DNA of 64,000 nt from a virus. Position 1 is the stretch's first letter. Each line of letters begins with the position of its first letter. Positions 37,890-47,671 of the stretch are shown here, piece by piece. A program made the position numbers and the translations under genes. The notes under the pieces were generated by a model. That model did not search any database. It had not been told where the DNA came from and saw only the letters and a program-made list of their open reading frames with translations. The DNA lies in the IMG/VR virus record IMGVR_UViG_3300025646_005470. The stretch is one strand, 5' to 3'.

Positions 37890-38020
37890 TTTTGTACTCC
37901 TTAACTGTGTTTAGTATAGCACAAAAACAGAATCTGTCAATCACAGATTTTTGTCAGCATAATTAGTAATATCTCCAATTATTTTATAACTATTATAGCA
38001 ACTTAATAATCAAATGTCAA

Positions 38021-38350
38021 TTAATTATCTATACTAGATTTAGCAGATTGAGTGGCCATTTTGGAAACTGTATCTGCTGTATCATCTTGTTTACTGAAAC
38101 TTGAATTACTAGCAGGTGTATCTAGTATAATTTTGTTACCGGTTATTGATTTTATTTTTCCGTTATTAAGTAAATGTGATCTTAATGCTTGACTGTCAAT
38201 ATCTGAACCTAGACCTTGTAGTTGTTTTTGAAATTCTTCTAGAGAAATCTCATTAACATTATTAGCCATCATTGTTATGATTACTGTATTAATGTCAGCA
38301 TCTAACTGATCAATATATTTGTCTTCGCCAATAACTTCTAGGATTTTCAT
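38021..38350 (-). CDS. Hypothetical protein with MKILE leader
   Basis: 109 aa ORF. Confidence 0.55.
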   Translation of the reverse strand: MKILEVIGEDKYIDQLDADINTVIITMMANNVNEISLEEFQKQLQGLGSDIDSQALRSHLLNNGKIKSITGNKIILDTPASNSSFSKQDDTADTVSKMATQSAKSSIDN

Positions 38351-38353
38351 TAG

Positions 38354-39397
38354 TTAAGCCTTTTTGGCTCTACCTAATGGATTTTCTTCTGGGCCACTTG
38401 CTGAATCATCTCCACCAGTTAAATCATCTGCTGGTGCTTCCAAATCAGTACCTGCATCTGCGTCAGTTTCCATGTCGCCTAGATCTGAATCTGCTGGAGC
38501 CATATCTGACTGTGCTGGTGCTTCACCAGTTAAAACTAATACTTCATTATTGACTGCTTCTTTGGCTGACTTTAATGAATCAAGTAATGTCTCTAATTGT
38601 GATGCAACTGATTGATTAAATGATGATGCCTTGTCTGCGCCATATTGATATGACATTTGATCAACTACTGCACCTAATTCGTCATTTTGCATTTTACCAA
38701 GTTGCTCAATCATATCTTGTAATTCGTCTACAAGACTTTTTGCCGCAATAACTATTTCTGCTTTTTCAACTTCTTGTTCTAATAGTGCTTTTAATGATGC
38801 CACTTTTTCTTCTACCTTGTCTTTTGGTTTGTTGCCTTGCTTTTTAGCAATTGCTTTTTGTAATCCTGCTGGTAATTTTTTTTGTTTTGCAGTAAGCTCT
38901 TCATTAGTACGTGGATCGCCTTTCATGTCTTTTTGAACTCTGTCCCAGATGTAAGCATAACGTTGGCCATGTGTTTTAATGAATTCTGCTTTGCTCATAT
39001 GTTCAGCATCTTCTTCCATTTCAAGTTTCATGTTTCCAACACCGCCTTCTTTAACTTTTTTGCCCATTGCTTTTTTAATAGCCTTGTCTTTGGCCGCCAT
39101 ATAATCATCAGAGTCAATATCACCATCTTTATCATGATCTTTTTTCTTTGCTTCAATCATTTGTTCAATTGCTTCTGCTAATAGTAAATGTTTCATATAC
39201 TTTGCATTTGTTGAATATGCATTAAAAGGCATTGATGATTCAAGTTCTTTTAACTTTGTTTTAAGATCTTTTTTAACATCATACAATTTTTTAATGTCAA
39301 TAGTGTCATACACTTTAAATCCGTATAACGAATCAAGTGTTTCATTAATTTTTGCTAACTTTTCACTAGCTGGTTTTTCGAACTCTGATATATTCAT
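38354..39397 (-). CDS. Putative prohead core/internal head protein
   Basis: MNISE leader, DKDGDIDSDDY loop, coiled coil, acidic tail; TATAAATA at 39420..39427. Confidence 0.5.
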   Translation of the reverse strand: MNISEFEKPASEKLAKINETLDSLYGFKVYDTIDIKKLYDVKKDLKTKLKELESSMPFNAYSTNAKYMKHLLLAEAIEQMIEAKKKDHDKDGDIDSDDYMAAKDKAIKKAMGKKVKEGGVGNMKLEMEEDAEHMSKAEFIKTHGQRYAYIWDRVQKDMKGDPRTNEELTAKQKKLPAGLQKAIAKKQGNKPKDKVEEKVASLKALLEQEVEKAEIVIAAKSLVDELQDMIEQLGKMQNDELGAVVDQMSYQYGADKASSFNQSVASQLETLLDSLKSAKEAVNNEVLVLTGEAPAQSDMAPADSDLGDMETDADAGTDLEAPADDLTGGDDSASGPEENPLGRAKKA

Positions 39398-39440
39398 AAT
39401 GTTTCTACCTTACTTAACTTATTTATACTTTTCTTTATTT

Positions 39441-40169
39441 TTATCCAGTATTTTTTTTAAACAAATAGGTGATCTTTGCCTTACATTCTAGTGCTAAATC
39501 TCTATTTTTTTCAAAATCGGCTTGATTTTTAGCTTCTTTTGAAAAATCTTCTCTTTTTTTAGCTTCAAAATATAATTTTTTGTATTGTGATGCTGTATTT
39601 GAATACTGCACATAGTTGTTATATATATTGTGTAGTTCGATCATCATAGGATCAGTATACAATAGTTCATCATTTAGATAGTTTACTAAACAAAAGGCCA
39701 TTTCGTATAGTTTGATATCTTTTGATACTATTTCATTGTTGTTTAAATTAACTACATCATACATATATCTTTTTTTAAAAGGACGTATTTTAATTAGATA
39801 ATTCCCTACTTTTACACCATGATCTGTTCGCTGTGTAGTAAGTGCTTTTTTAAATTTTGGATCAATTACTGCAACTTCTACTACTTCTTTTAATACTGAA
39901 TCGTCTAACTTATTAAGATTGTCAGCTAACAATTTTGCAGTGTTTATATTTTTATTTTGGTTAACTACTGCTTCTGTACTAGTTATTTTATTGATCTTTT
40001 TTTCTACTGCACTTAAAAATTCTGCACTGCCTTTAACTGGACTTCCCCATGTATTCATTATACGCCAAAATCTATAGTGTTCTTGTAGAGTACGTGCAGT
40101 CATGCCATCTGTTAGCTCATCAACATAAGCGGCAACTTCATATCTTTGTTTTCTTTTTTGTCTAAACAT
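39441..40169 (-). CDS. Hypothetical protein
   Basis: 242 aa ORF. Confidence 0.55.
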   Translation of the reverse strand: MFRQKRKQRYEVAAYVDELTDGMTARTLQEHYRFWRIMNTWGSPVKGSAEFLSAVEKKINKITSTEAVVNQNKNINTAKLLADNLNKLDDSVLKEVVEVAVIDPKFKKALTTQRTDHGVKVGNYLIKIRPFKKRYMYDVVNLNNNEIVSKDIKLYEMAFCLVNYLNDELLYTDPMMIELHNIYNNYVQYSNTASQYKKLYFEAKKREDFSKEAKNQADFEKNRDLALECKAKITYLFKKNTG

Positions 40170-40184
40170 ATAACTTTTATTATA

Positions 40185-40685
40185 TTATTTTTTATTCTTT
40201 GCAATTATATCTGCAAACTGTACTATTTTAGCAAATTCTGGATCTTTTTGCAACTTTTTTATTGATCCTGAAATTTCTTTGTCAACATTTTTCATCATAT
40301 CTTTTGCTTGATCTTTAGATGCTTGTTGTGTACTTTGTGTTCCTTGAGTTTTTTCTGTACCTGTAGTTGTTTTTGGTGCAACTGTTGTATTACCTTTGGT
40401 ATTTCCTGCAGATGCTGTATTCTTTGATACTGTTTTACTTGTATATTCATCAAGCAAATCTTTAACCACATCGTCTAATTGATCATATCCAGATAACAAA
40501 ATACGTTTTGCACTTTCTGGATCTTCTTCGTCAACTGCTTTGGCTAGATTCATGTAATCTTTAAGTCCTAGTGGTTCTGTTAATGATTTAACAACACTTG
40601 CTGGCATATGAACTAGTTTACTAATTCGATTAGTAAATTGTTTTGGATCATCCATAGTGTTTAAAATATCATCTTTTAAGCTCAT
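40185..40685 (-). CDS. Hypothetical protein
   Basis: 166 aa ORF. Confidence 0.55.
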   Translation of the reverse strand: MSLKDDILNTMDDPKQFTNRISKLVHMPASVVKSLTEPLGLKDYMNLAKAVDEEDPESAKRILLSGYDQLDDVVKDLLDEYTSKTVSKNTASAGNTKGNTTVAPKTTTGTEKTQGTQSTQQASKDQAKDMMKNVDKEISGSIKKLQKDPEFAKIVQFADIIAKNKK

Positions 40686-40693
40686 GCTAATAT

Positions 40694-41011
40694 TTACCTT
40701 CTTCTTAGTGCTTTGTTCATTTGTTGTACACGTTTAGATGCTGGATTGAAACGTTTTGTACGCAGAGATTTTCTTATAATTCTCTGTCCCATACGTGCTC
40801 TTGTTTTTTTAAGTGTAAATCTTTTTTTAATGTCTAGTGGAGCAGAACATACACTAGGGTTAGTTACAATTCTGCCTTTTTTTCTGCCAAAAGTACAACG
40901 ATATTTTTTGACCACTTTGTTTCCTTTGCGGCCAAAAATCAATCTTGATTCTGGTAAACCAACGTTGTTATCAATTTCAGCAATAATCATCTTATCCTGC
41001 CCTATATACAA
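40694..41011 (-). CDS. Highly basic hypothetical protein
   Basis: Arg/Lys-rich, YRCTFGRKKGRIV. Confidence 0.55.
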   Translation of the reverse strand: MYIGQDKMIIAEIDNNVGLPESRLIFGRKGNKVVKKYRCTFGRKKGRIVTNPSVCSAPLDIKKRFTLKKTRARMGQRIIRKSLRTKRFNPASKRVQQMNKALRRR

Positions 41012-41255
41012 TTGTAAACAATGTAGTCAATAGCGTAATAAACAATGTACCCATTGACCATATAATAATTCTTTCAATTTTTGTAAACTGTCTATCTGTA
41101 TGTTCTTCCATCTTGTCCATACGTAGATCAACTTTATCAAATCTTTTTTGTATTTCTTCGTGTCTTTCATGTGACACAACCACATGAGTTTCTAAACTCT
41201 GAGATTCTAAACTTGCTAAATTACCATGTAATTTTTTATTTGGTTGATTATCCAT
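40992..41255 (-). CDS. Small coiled-coil protein with C-terminal TM (holin/hemolysin XhlA-like architecture)
   Basis: SLETHV..C/S..R..EI..R..K..., C-terminal IIIWSMGTLFITLL. Confidence 0.5.
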   Translation of the reverse strand: MDNQPNKKLHGNLASLESQSLETHVVVSHERHEEIQKRFDKVDLRMDKMEEHTDRQFTKIERIIIWSMGTLFITLLTTLFTIVYRAG

Positions 41256-41256
41256 T

Positions 41257-41661
41257 TTATAGTGTCTCCGACTGACTAAATTCTAAATTTTTTGATCCTG
41301 TAGTTGCAATAGTGCCACCATTTAGTACAACTCCATCCATAGAACTAATTAATTTACCAACAGGATCACTATTTTCTTTAAACACATCAGGATGTTCTAC
41401 TGCAAATTTAAATATCCATCCTGCACCTGTTAGTGTTGGAGCACCATTAACATTTAGATCAGCAACCTGTACAGGATCATTTGAAATAATTACCTGTGAA
41501 AACATTGCAATCATTTGTACAAGAGAATCAAAATCTTTTTGTGTAGCATCTTGATAACTGCCTGTTTGTGTTATATCAATATTTGTATACATTATATAAA
41601 ACTGTAGATTACTACTGATAAACTCGCCACCTCTTGCCGCTCCATTAATTCTAACTGCCAT
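41257..41661 (-). CDS. Putative virion structural protein
   Basis: MAVRINGAARGGEF..., late-gene neighbourhood. Confidence 0.45.
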   Translation of the reverse strand: MAVRINGAARGGEFISSNLQFYIMYTNIDITQTGSYQDATQKDFDSLVQMIAMFSQVIISNDPVQVADLNVNGAPTLTGAGWIFKFAVEHPDVFKENSDPVGKLISSMDGVVLNGGTIATTGSKNLEFSQSETL

Positions 41662-43649
41662 TATTTTTTCTTCCTTCTTAAATCTAAATTTTTAACCTTA
41701 TCAGCATATGACGGACCTTTGCCTCTGCCAAATTTATATCCAATGTATGCACCTGCCAATGCCGCACCCACAGCCATTGCTTTTGATGGTTTTACTTGTT
41801 CGCCATCTGCATAATCACGCTCACGTGATAGTTGTTGTAGTGTAGACATCATTGATGATTTAGGTGCGTTAGCTCTAAAGTAATTGAATAAACTTGAAAC
41901 CAATGTTCTTTTTTCTCTTGTTTTTAGATTTTCCCAATCACCTGCTAATCTTTTCATTGATTTTAAACTGCTGTCACTTACAAAAAGCATAGATTGTAAC
42001 TGTTGTAGCATTCTTTTTTCTGCATCAGCATTTGCACCAGATGATGATATGTGATTTAAATAATCTTTAATCTGAGCCATGTTTGGACGCATTCTTTTTA
42101 ATAATATTTCACTGTTTTTTTCGTCTGCAAATTTTGTAATTGATCCTTTACCAAACAAGGCGTGTAACATTGCATACATATCTGTGCCATTTGATCTAAA
42201 ATAATCAAAGTTTCCATAACTCATTGTTTTACCAGCATAGTTACTTGCTACAGAAGAATACTTAAACTCTCTATTTAAAACCTGTAGTGCAATTGCATGT
42301 GCAAAAATGTTATTTGCCATATCTTGTGCTGAATAATTTGATAATCCGTGACGTGATCTAAACATTCTTGCTTCTGTCATTAAATCGTTTACAAAATCTA
42401 TTTCTATTTTTTCGCTTTTCATAAAATTTTTTCTACTAAAGTCTAGTCTATCCACAACTTTTACTGCATTTCCAATATGGTCAACTGCAACAAAGCCTTC
42501 TGGATCTCTTACTTTTAGTTCTCCATTAACTTCTTCAAAACTATCAATTGCTTTGATATTTGATAGTTTCTTATATAATATGTCTTTTATAGCACCTAAT
42601 TTAAGCCACAGTGCATAAAAGTTCATCATATTACTCTTATTAGTATTTAAGTAATTTAGCCCAATTTGTAGGGCATTTAAACGGCGCTGTCCTGCAGGTC
42701 CTTCTTTGCCTGTTTTTAGTGCCGCAATTTTTTCTTCTGCTCTACGTGTGTAGTCAGCAACAAACTGATTGAAAAACTGTTCAGGATCTTGCTGTATAGA
42801 ATTCTGTTTAATATTAGCATTCATGTTAGCCGCAATATTGATTTTTAAATCATTGCCTGCATCTGATCCATCTAAAAATTCAAATGCATTACCAATTGAC
42901 GTTAAATGTTGTTGTGCATCAGCAATTGCTTTTTCAACTGCATTTGATTCTTGTGCTGTCATTGTTGCCATACCTGAAAAATCTTTTATATATGCATCGT
43001 CAAACCAAACATCAGATGTAGGTGTTAGATCAGATAAATCAACTTTGAATGATGCTGACATTTTATCTAAACTTTCTCCACTATATGATGTATGAAAAAC
43101 AATACCAACTTTTGCTTGTTGTATCTTTTTACCTAATTCTGAATCTGTTGGCACTGCGTATGTGATTGTGTTTGGTTTAAATGTTATATAAGACTTGCCT
43201 TCAAATCCTCTTGTTTTTAAATCACCTTGTGTGAACATTAAATCACCTTGTAGTACACCTTTAATGTTTAACTTTGATAGGTTTTGTAAAACTAAATTTA
43301 ACTTGTCACGCAATCCACTTTTGTCTTGCTCACCAACATCTGCATGATTGGCTTCAATATCTTTTGATGATTTATTTAATTTTGGATTTTTAGCAAATAC
43401 ACCTTTTGTACCTACAAAAAATTTACCATCACTTGGATCTGTTCCGCAAACTATTGCAGGAGATCCATCCCACTTTGTGGTAATATTAAACTTTTTAGGT
43501 GAATGACCTTTTACTATAGTTGATAAATTTTTTAAAAAACGAATGGCTTCTACAGCACCTTTTTTACCTTTAAAAAGAGATAGATCTTCTAAATGCGTTA
43601 GATGTGTGTTTACATCTTCGTGTAGGATATTAATTTCCGTCAGTTTCAT
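41661..43649 (-). CDS. Nucleotidyltransferase/ligase-fold protein (DUF6267-like) plus C-terminal domain
   Basis: TKWDGSPA (KxDG), LQGDLMF, EGFV, VKVVDR. Confidence 0.6.
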   Translation of the reverse strand: MKLTEINILHEDVNTHLTHLEDLSLFKGKKGAVEAIRFLKNLSTIVKGHSPKKFNITTKWDGSPAIVCGTDPSDGKFFVGTKGVFAKNPKLNKSSKDIEANHADVGEQDKSGLRDKLNLVLQNLSKLNIKGVLQGDLMFTQGDLKTRGFEGKSYITFKPNTITYAVPTDSELGKKIQQAKVGIVFHTSYSGESLDKMSASFKVDLSDLTPTSDVWFDDAYIKDFSGMATMTAQESNAVEKAIADAQQHLTSIGNAFEFLDGSDAGNDLKINIAANMNANIKQNSIQQDPEQFFNQFVADYTRRAEEKIAALKTGKEGPAGQRRLNALQIGLNYLNTNKSNMMNFYALWLKLGAIKDILYKKLSNIKAIDSFEEVNGELKVRDPEGFVAVDHIGNAVKVVDRLDFSRKNFMKSEKIEIDFVNDLMTEARMFRSRHGLSNYSAQDMANNIFAHAIALQVLNREFKYSSVASNYAGKTMSYGNFDYFRSNGTDMYAMLHALFGKGSITKFADEKNSEILLKRMRPNMAQIKDYLNHISSSGANADAEKRMLQQLQSMLFVSDSSLKSMKRLAGDWENLKTREKRTLVSSLFNYFRANAPKSSMMSTLQQLSRERDYADGEQVKPSKAMAVGAALAGAYIGYKFGRGKGPSYADKVKNLDLRRKKK

Positions 43650-43899
43650 TTGTGCTGTTTAACCTTCTGATTCCACGTTCAAATTTTGCAGGATCTGAAC
43701 TTTTAATGCTGTTGATTAATCTTCTAGATAATTCACCAGCAGTGTTTTCATCATATGATTCATACAGCATATCGATTAGATTGAGAGCAGATGATATAAC
43801 ATGACTAGCACGTGATTCTATCAGTGCCTCTCTATTGCTTTGAGGTACTGATTGACTAATTTCTTCTAATATTGATCTAGTATGTCTTTTCATTGTCAT
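43630..43899 (-). CDS. Hypothetical protein
   Basis: 89 aa; TATAAATA at 43924..43931. Confidence 0.6.
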   Translation of the reverse strand: MTMKRHTRSILEEISQSVPQSNREALIESRASHVISSALNLIDMLYESYDENTAGELSRRLINSIKSSDPAKFERGIRRLNSTNETDGN

Positions 43900-43958
43900 C
43901 AGCTCTTTAATTTCCTATACTTTTATTTATACTAAAAAGAAGCCTATAAACACTCATA

Positions 43959-45383
43959 CTATAGATCACCTTCACTAGAATATTGATGACGCTTTGATTT
44001 TAATATACTACGTAGGTTTGATATTTGTTCAACCTTTTCAGCCACCTGTGCGCCTTGATTTTCAGGGTTTTTTGGGGTGATTACAGTGGTTCTTTTCTTA
44101 ATAGAACTTGCTACATTGGCTGTAGTCATGCTTTCATCTTCAGCCATTTGTTCTTCTGTTAGATCTGTGATTCTTAAGGTATCTATATTAAATGCCAAGT
44201 TAATCTTAGTTCCTACGCCGCCACTTGATCTTGTTTTCATAAGTTGAATTAGATATCTGCCACGCTCACGCATAGCTCTGCTTGTTTGAATACCAATAAC
44301 ATTATCTGCTGTTTGTATTTTTGATAAACCACCAGCAATATGCGAATGGTCAAATTCATTTGATTCAACACTTGATCTATTTAACTGTGATGCCGTGGCT
44401 AGTACAATCTGATGTTCAACTGCTAGATTACGCAGTTCTTCAGATACATATTTGTCTTTGATAAACAAGTCACTTGGCGAAACTCTTTTTGAAATTGGCA
44501 TTAATAAGTCTAAATAGTCAACACAAATACAATCAGGCTTAACACCTGTTTGCACTTCATACTCTTTCAAATAACTACGCAGGTCATTTACAGTTGCACC
44601 ACTGCTGATGTATTTCAATTGAAATTTACCAGACTTTTGCCCTTGCATTCTAACCATCAAATCAATATCATCAATTTTCTTAAATATTTCATTTGATGCA
44701 ACACCAGTTGACATACTATCAACTCTCATAGAACTTAATTCTTCGCTCAATTCAAAAGTAAAATAAATTACGTTCATACCAACGTTGGCCCAGTTGAGTG
44801 CAAGATTTTGTAAAAATAAACTTTTACCAGCACCTGACTGTCCTGCAAATATGTTTAACTCGCCTTTGTTAAATCCACCATACAATTTATGATCCAGTGC
44901 TGTCCAACCTGTGCTTACTGTACCGTTGTTATTTTTGAGTGATAACAGTCTTGCTTTAGGATCTAAAAAATAATCTGTACCTAGATCTTTTGTGAGTCCA
45001 ATTCTCACTGCATTTTTGATCTTGTCTTCTACTTGACCATAATCGCCTTTTTCTAACAAATCTGCTGATTGAATAATTGCAAGTTCTAGTGCTTTGTGTC
45101 TGCAAAAAGTTTCAAACTCATCAAAGAACCAATTTTTATGTCTTTCATCAATATCAACTTTTTTAAGTTCAACTCCACAAGTTGCTTGTATCTGTTCTAT
45201 GGTTGGAAGTGCATTGTATTCTTCTGAATGTTCTAACATGAATTTAGCCACGTTGGCCAACTTACGTGAAAAATATTCTACTTTTACAATGTTTTTTACT
45301 CGCACAAACAGTTCAGGATCTGTTGCACAAAACTCTAAAAACAGTTTTTGTAAATCTTCATTATAATCTTTTAGATCATTCAT
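43959..45383 (-). CDS. Replicative DNA helicase (gp41/DnaB-like)
   Basis: AGQSGAGKS Walker A, CVDYLDL, TASQLNR, LMKTR. Confidence 0.93.
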   Translation of the reverse strand: MNDLKDYNEDLQKLFLEFCATDPELFVRVKNIVKVEYFSRKLANVAKFMLEHSEEYNALPTIEQIQATCGVELKKVDIDERHKNWFFDEFETFCRHKALELAIIQSADLLEKGDYGQVEDKIKNAVRIGLTKDLGTDYFLDPKARLLSLKNNNGTVSTGWTALDHKLYGGFNKGELNIFAGQSGAGKSLFLQNLALNWANVGMNVIYFTFELSEELSSMRVDSMSTGVASNEIFKKIDDIDLMVRMQGQKSGKFQLKYISSGATVNDLRSYLKEYEVQTGVKPDCICVDYLDLLMPISKRVSPSDLFIKDKYVSEELRNLAVEHQIVLATASQLNRSSVESNEFDHSHIAGGLSKIQTADNVIGIQTSRAMRERGRYLIQLMKTRSSGGVGTKINLAFNIDTLRITDLTEEQMAEDESMTTANVASSIKKRTTVITPKNPENQGAQVAEKVEQISNLRSILKSKRHQYSSEGDL

Positions 45384-45392
45384 TGTTTTATA

Positions 45393-46025
45393 CTACACGT
45401 TTTCTTTTGATTTTTCAAGTCTTAAATATTTCCAACTGTATGGAAATTCTTCATTGCAGAATTGGTCAATAGCATCTGCTACAATTCTAGTTTCTTCTTG
45501 TGTATCTTCAGCACATCTTAGATCACACACTCTAGCAAATGCGTATAAACTTCCTGTCCAATACCATTCAGTCATCATGTTTTGTGGCAGTACCATTCTT
45601 GCTAATTCAGGAGCGATACCTTTGGCCAGCATGTCATTGTATGTTGTATTAGCATTTTTTATTGTATTAGCGATATCATATTCAACTGTTTCGTTGCTAC
45701 TGCCTTGCTTTTTATCTTCTGCTCGCAGTCTCCAGTTTTTAGGAATATAATATTCTGGCTCATAATCAACGTAGCGTCTTGAAATTTCGTTCCAACTTAA
45801 ACCTACTTGATGTTTAACCAACTGCCTAGCAACAAATATAGGTGCTTTGATTCTAAACTGCACACTGCAATGAGCAAACGGTGACCAATGATTATGCCTT
45901 GCTAAAAATGAAATTAAACGTTCATCTGATGCTTCAAATACTTCTTTGTTTTTGCCAAAACTCACTCTAGCCGCATTGACCACTGTGAGGTCACTGCCCA
46001 TTTTATCAATTAGTTCTACTTTCAA
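45393..46025 (-). CDS. thyX: Flavin-dependent thymidylate synthase
   Basis: HWSPF, FVARQLVKHQ, WNEISRRY, ARMVLP. Confidence 0.95.
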   Translation of the reverse strand: MKVELIDKMGSDLTVVNAARVSFGKNKEVFEASDERLISFLARHNHWSPFAHCSVQFRIKAPIFVARQLVKHQVGLSWNEISRRYVDYEPEYYIPKNWRLRAEDKKQGSSNETVEYDIANTIKNANTTYNDMLAKGIAPELARMVLPQNMMTEWYWTGSLYAFARVCDLRCAEDTQEETRIVADAIDQFCNEEFPYSWKYLRLEKSKENV

Positions 46026-46034
46026 TTTTTGCTC

Positions 46035-46637
46035 CTAATAGGTTGAAACAATTTTATCAGCAATGCCATACTTAACTGCTTCTTTGGCACTTAACCAAAC
46101 ATCTTCTGCAGGTAATAGTATTTCTCTAATTTTCTTTTCTGATAGACCTGTACATTTTTTGTAATGGTCCATCATACGTGCTGTGCTTAGTTCAAATTCT
46201 TTTACACGAGCAAATAGTTCATGTTCTTTACCAACACTGCCCCAACTGTACTGATGTGACAGTATAGATGTGTTTGGTGTAATAAACCTACGACCTTTTG
46301 TACCAGCCATAAATGTTAGTATACCACATGATGCAATCATACCAAGTCCAATTGTTTTTACAGGAATTGCTGATCCTTTGATTGTATCAATAAGTGCAAA
46401 TGCTGAATGGACTTCTCCACCTGGAGAGTTAATTACCAATGTGATTTCTTTTGGTCTTTCACGTTGTGGCAAAAGATTTTTTTCAATGATTGTGTTAATC
46501 ACTGGTTTAGTAGTGCTACTATCAAAGTGATCACTAAAATAAATTATTCCGCTTTCGTACATCAACATACCAGGTTGTAGTGGTTGTTTTTGTGGTTGTA
46601 TTTGTTTCTTTTTATTCTCTATTTCTAAGTTTGCCAT
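46035..46637 (-). CDS. Second, divergent ClpP-family protease
   Basis: INSPGG, IASCG (Ser), LSHQY (His), EDVWL (Asp). Confidence 0.85.
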   Translation of the reverse strand: MANLEIENKKKQIQPQKQPLQPGMLMYESGIIYFSDHFDSSTTKPVINTIIEKNLLPQRERPKEITLVINSPGGEVHSAFALIDTIKGSAIPVKTIGLGMIASCGILTFMAGTKGRRFITPNTSILSHQYSWGSVGKEHELFARVKEFELSTARMMDHYKKCTGLSEKKIREILLPAEDVWLSAKEAVKYGIADKIVSTY

Positions 46638-46645
46638 TTGTTCTC

Positions 46646-47635
46646 CTACGCAATTTTTCTTAATACTTGTATCTTTGTCTTATTATTTACCCTACTGTCT
46701 ATGATGCTTTTTACTGTGAACAATTGTCCATAGTGCTTTACTGCATCTGCACAGTCTTTGATGTGGTCTTGCCACGGCGGAAAACTCACAGCCCATCCGT
46801 TGTCAACTGCTTGATCAATCAACGTTGATCCTGCGGCATCTCTATCTGGACATACAATAACTTCTCCATCAAACTGTTTTATTAAATCAATTTGCATTTG
46901 ATTTAATTTATTATGTAGCACTGCTAGGCCGTCAATGCTTAATGCATCTAACACACCTTCTACTACTATCAAATATTTTCTTTGCTTACTCAACACATCC
47001 ATGTTGTACATATAATTAGGTTGCGAATTTGTAAAATACTTTGGCTTGTCTTTGTTGTTGTCAATTATTCTTGATGTATAACCAACTGTACTGCCATTGT
47101 AATAAAATGGTACAATAAATCTTCTATTCAAATCTAAATATGTATCATTGCACCAATAAAAATCACCAAAGTGATCTAGACCTCTGTCAATAATATGTTT
47201 GTACACCCATACTGCATCTTCAGGTGGTGTGTCTTGTTTTATAATTTCTATCAAAGGTTTTGAACCTTTTGGTAATTGAATTTCTCTCCAACTGATCTTT
47301 GGTTTTGGCTTTTCTTCTACGTTTGGATTTTCTTCTTTTTCACGTATTGCCAAAAGTTGCAGTCTTCTTATTTCATTATCAGGAACTCCAATGCCACGCA
47401 ACAATCCAACCATTTTTTTACCAAACGTTTTGCCTGGTTTGTAACTTGTGCTAAAGCCACAATTAAAACAATGATACACAACTCCATCAATAAACTTAAA
47501 TCCACCTCTTGAACGTGTATCTGGTCTTGACTGGCCATTGGTTGTACACATTGGACAATTTATGGTTGTCCACCCACTAGGCGTCTTTTTTCTTTTGCCT
47601 GGCATGTGTGTAACGATTGTGTTTTGTAGTTCCAT
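46646..47635 (-). CDS. DNA primase (gp61-like, Zn-binding + TOPRIM)
   Basis: CPMC...HCFNC, VVEGVLDA, DRDAAG, KDCAD. Confidence 0.88.
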   Translation of the reverse strand: MELQNTIVTHMPGKRKKTPSGWTTINCPMCTTNGQSRPDTRSRGGFKFIDGVVYHCFNCGFSTSYKPGKTFGKKMVGLLRGIGVPDNEIRRLQLLAIREKEENPNVEEKPKPKISWREIQLPKGSKPLIEIIKQDTPPEDAVWVYKHIIDRGLDHFGDFYWCNDTYLDLNRRFIVPFYYNGSTVGYTSRIIDNNKDKPKYFTNSQPNYMYNMDVLSKQRKYLIVVEGVLDALSIDGLAVLHNKLNQMQIDLIKQFDGEVIVCPDRDAAGSTLIDQAVDNGWAVSFPPWQDHIKDCADAVKHYGQLFTVKSIIDSRVNNKTKIQVLRKIA

Positions 47636-47671
47636 GTGTTATATACTATAACACTTTTGCCAAAAAGTCAA

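Noticed and set aside
33263-45383. Inteins or introns in nrdA, nrdB or the helicase
   Set aside because: Lengths are normal and there are no Hint or homing endonuclease motifs.
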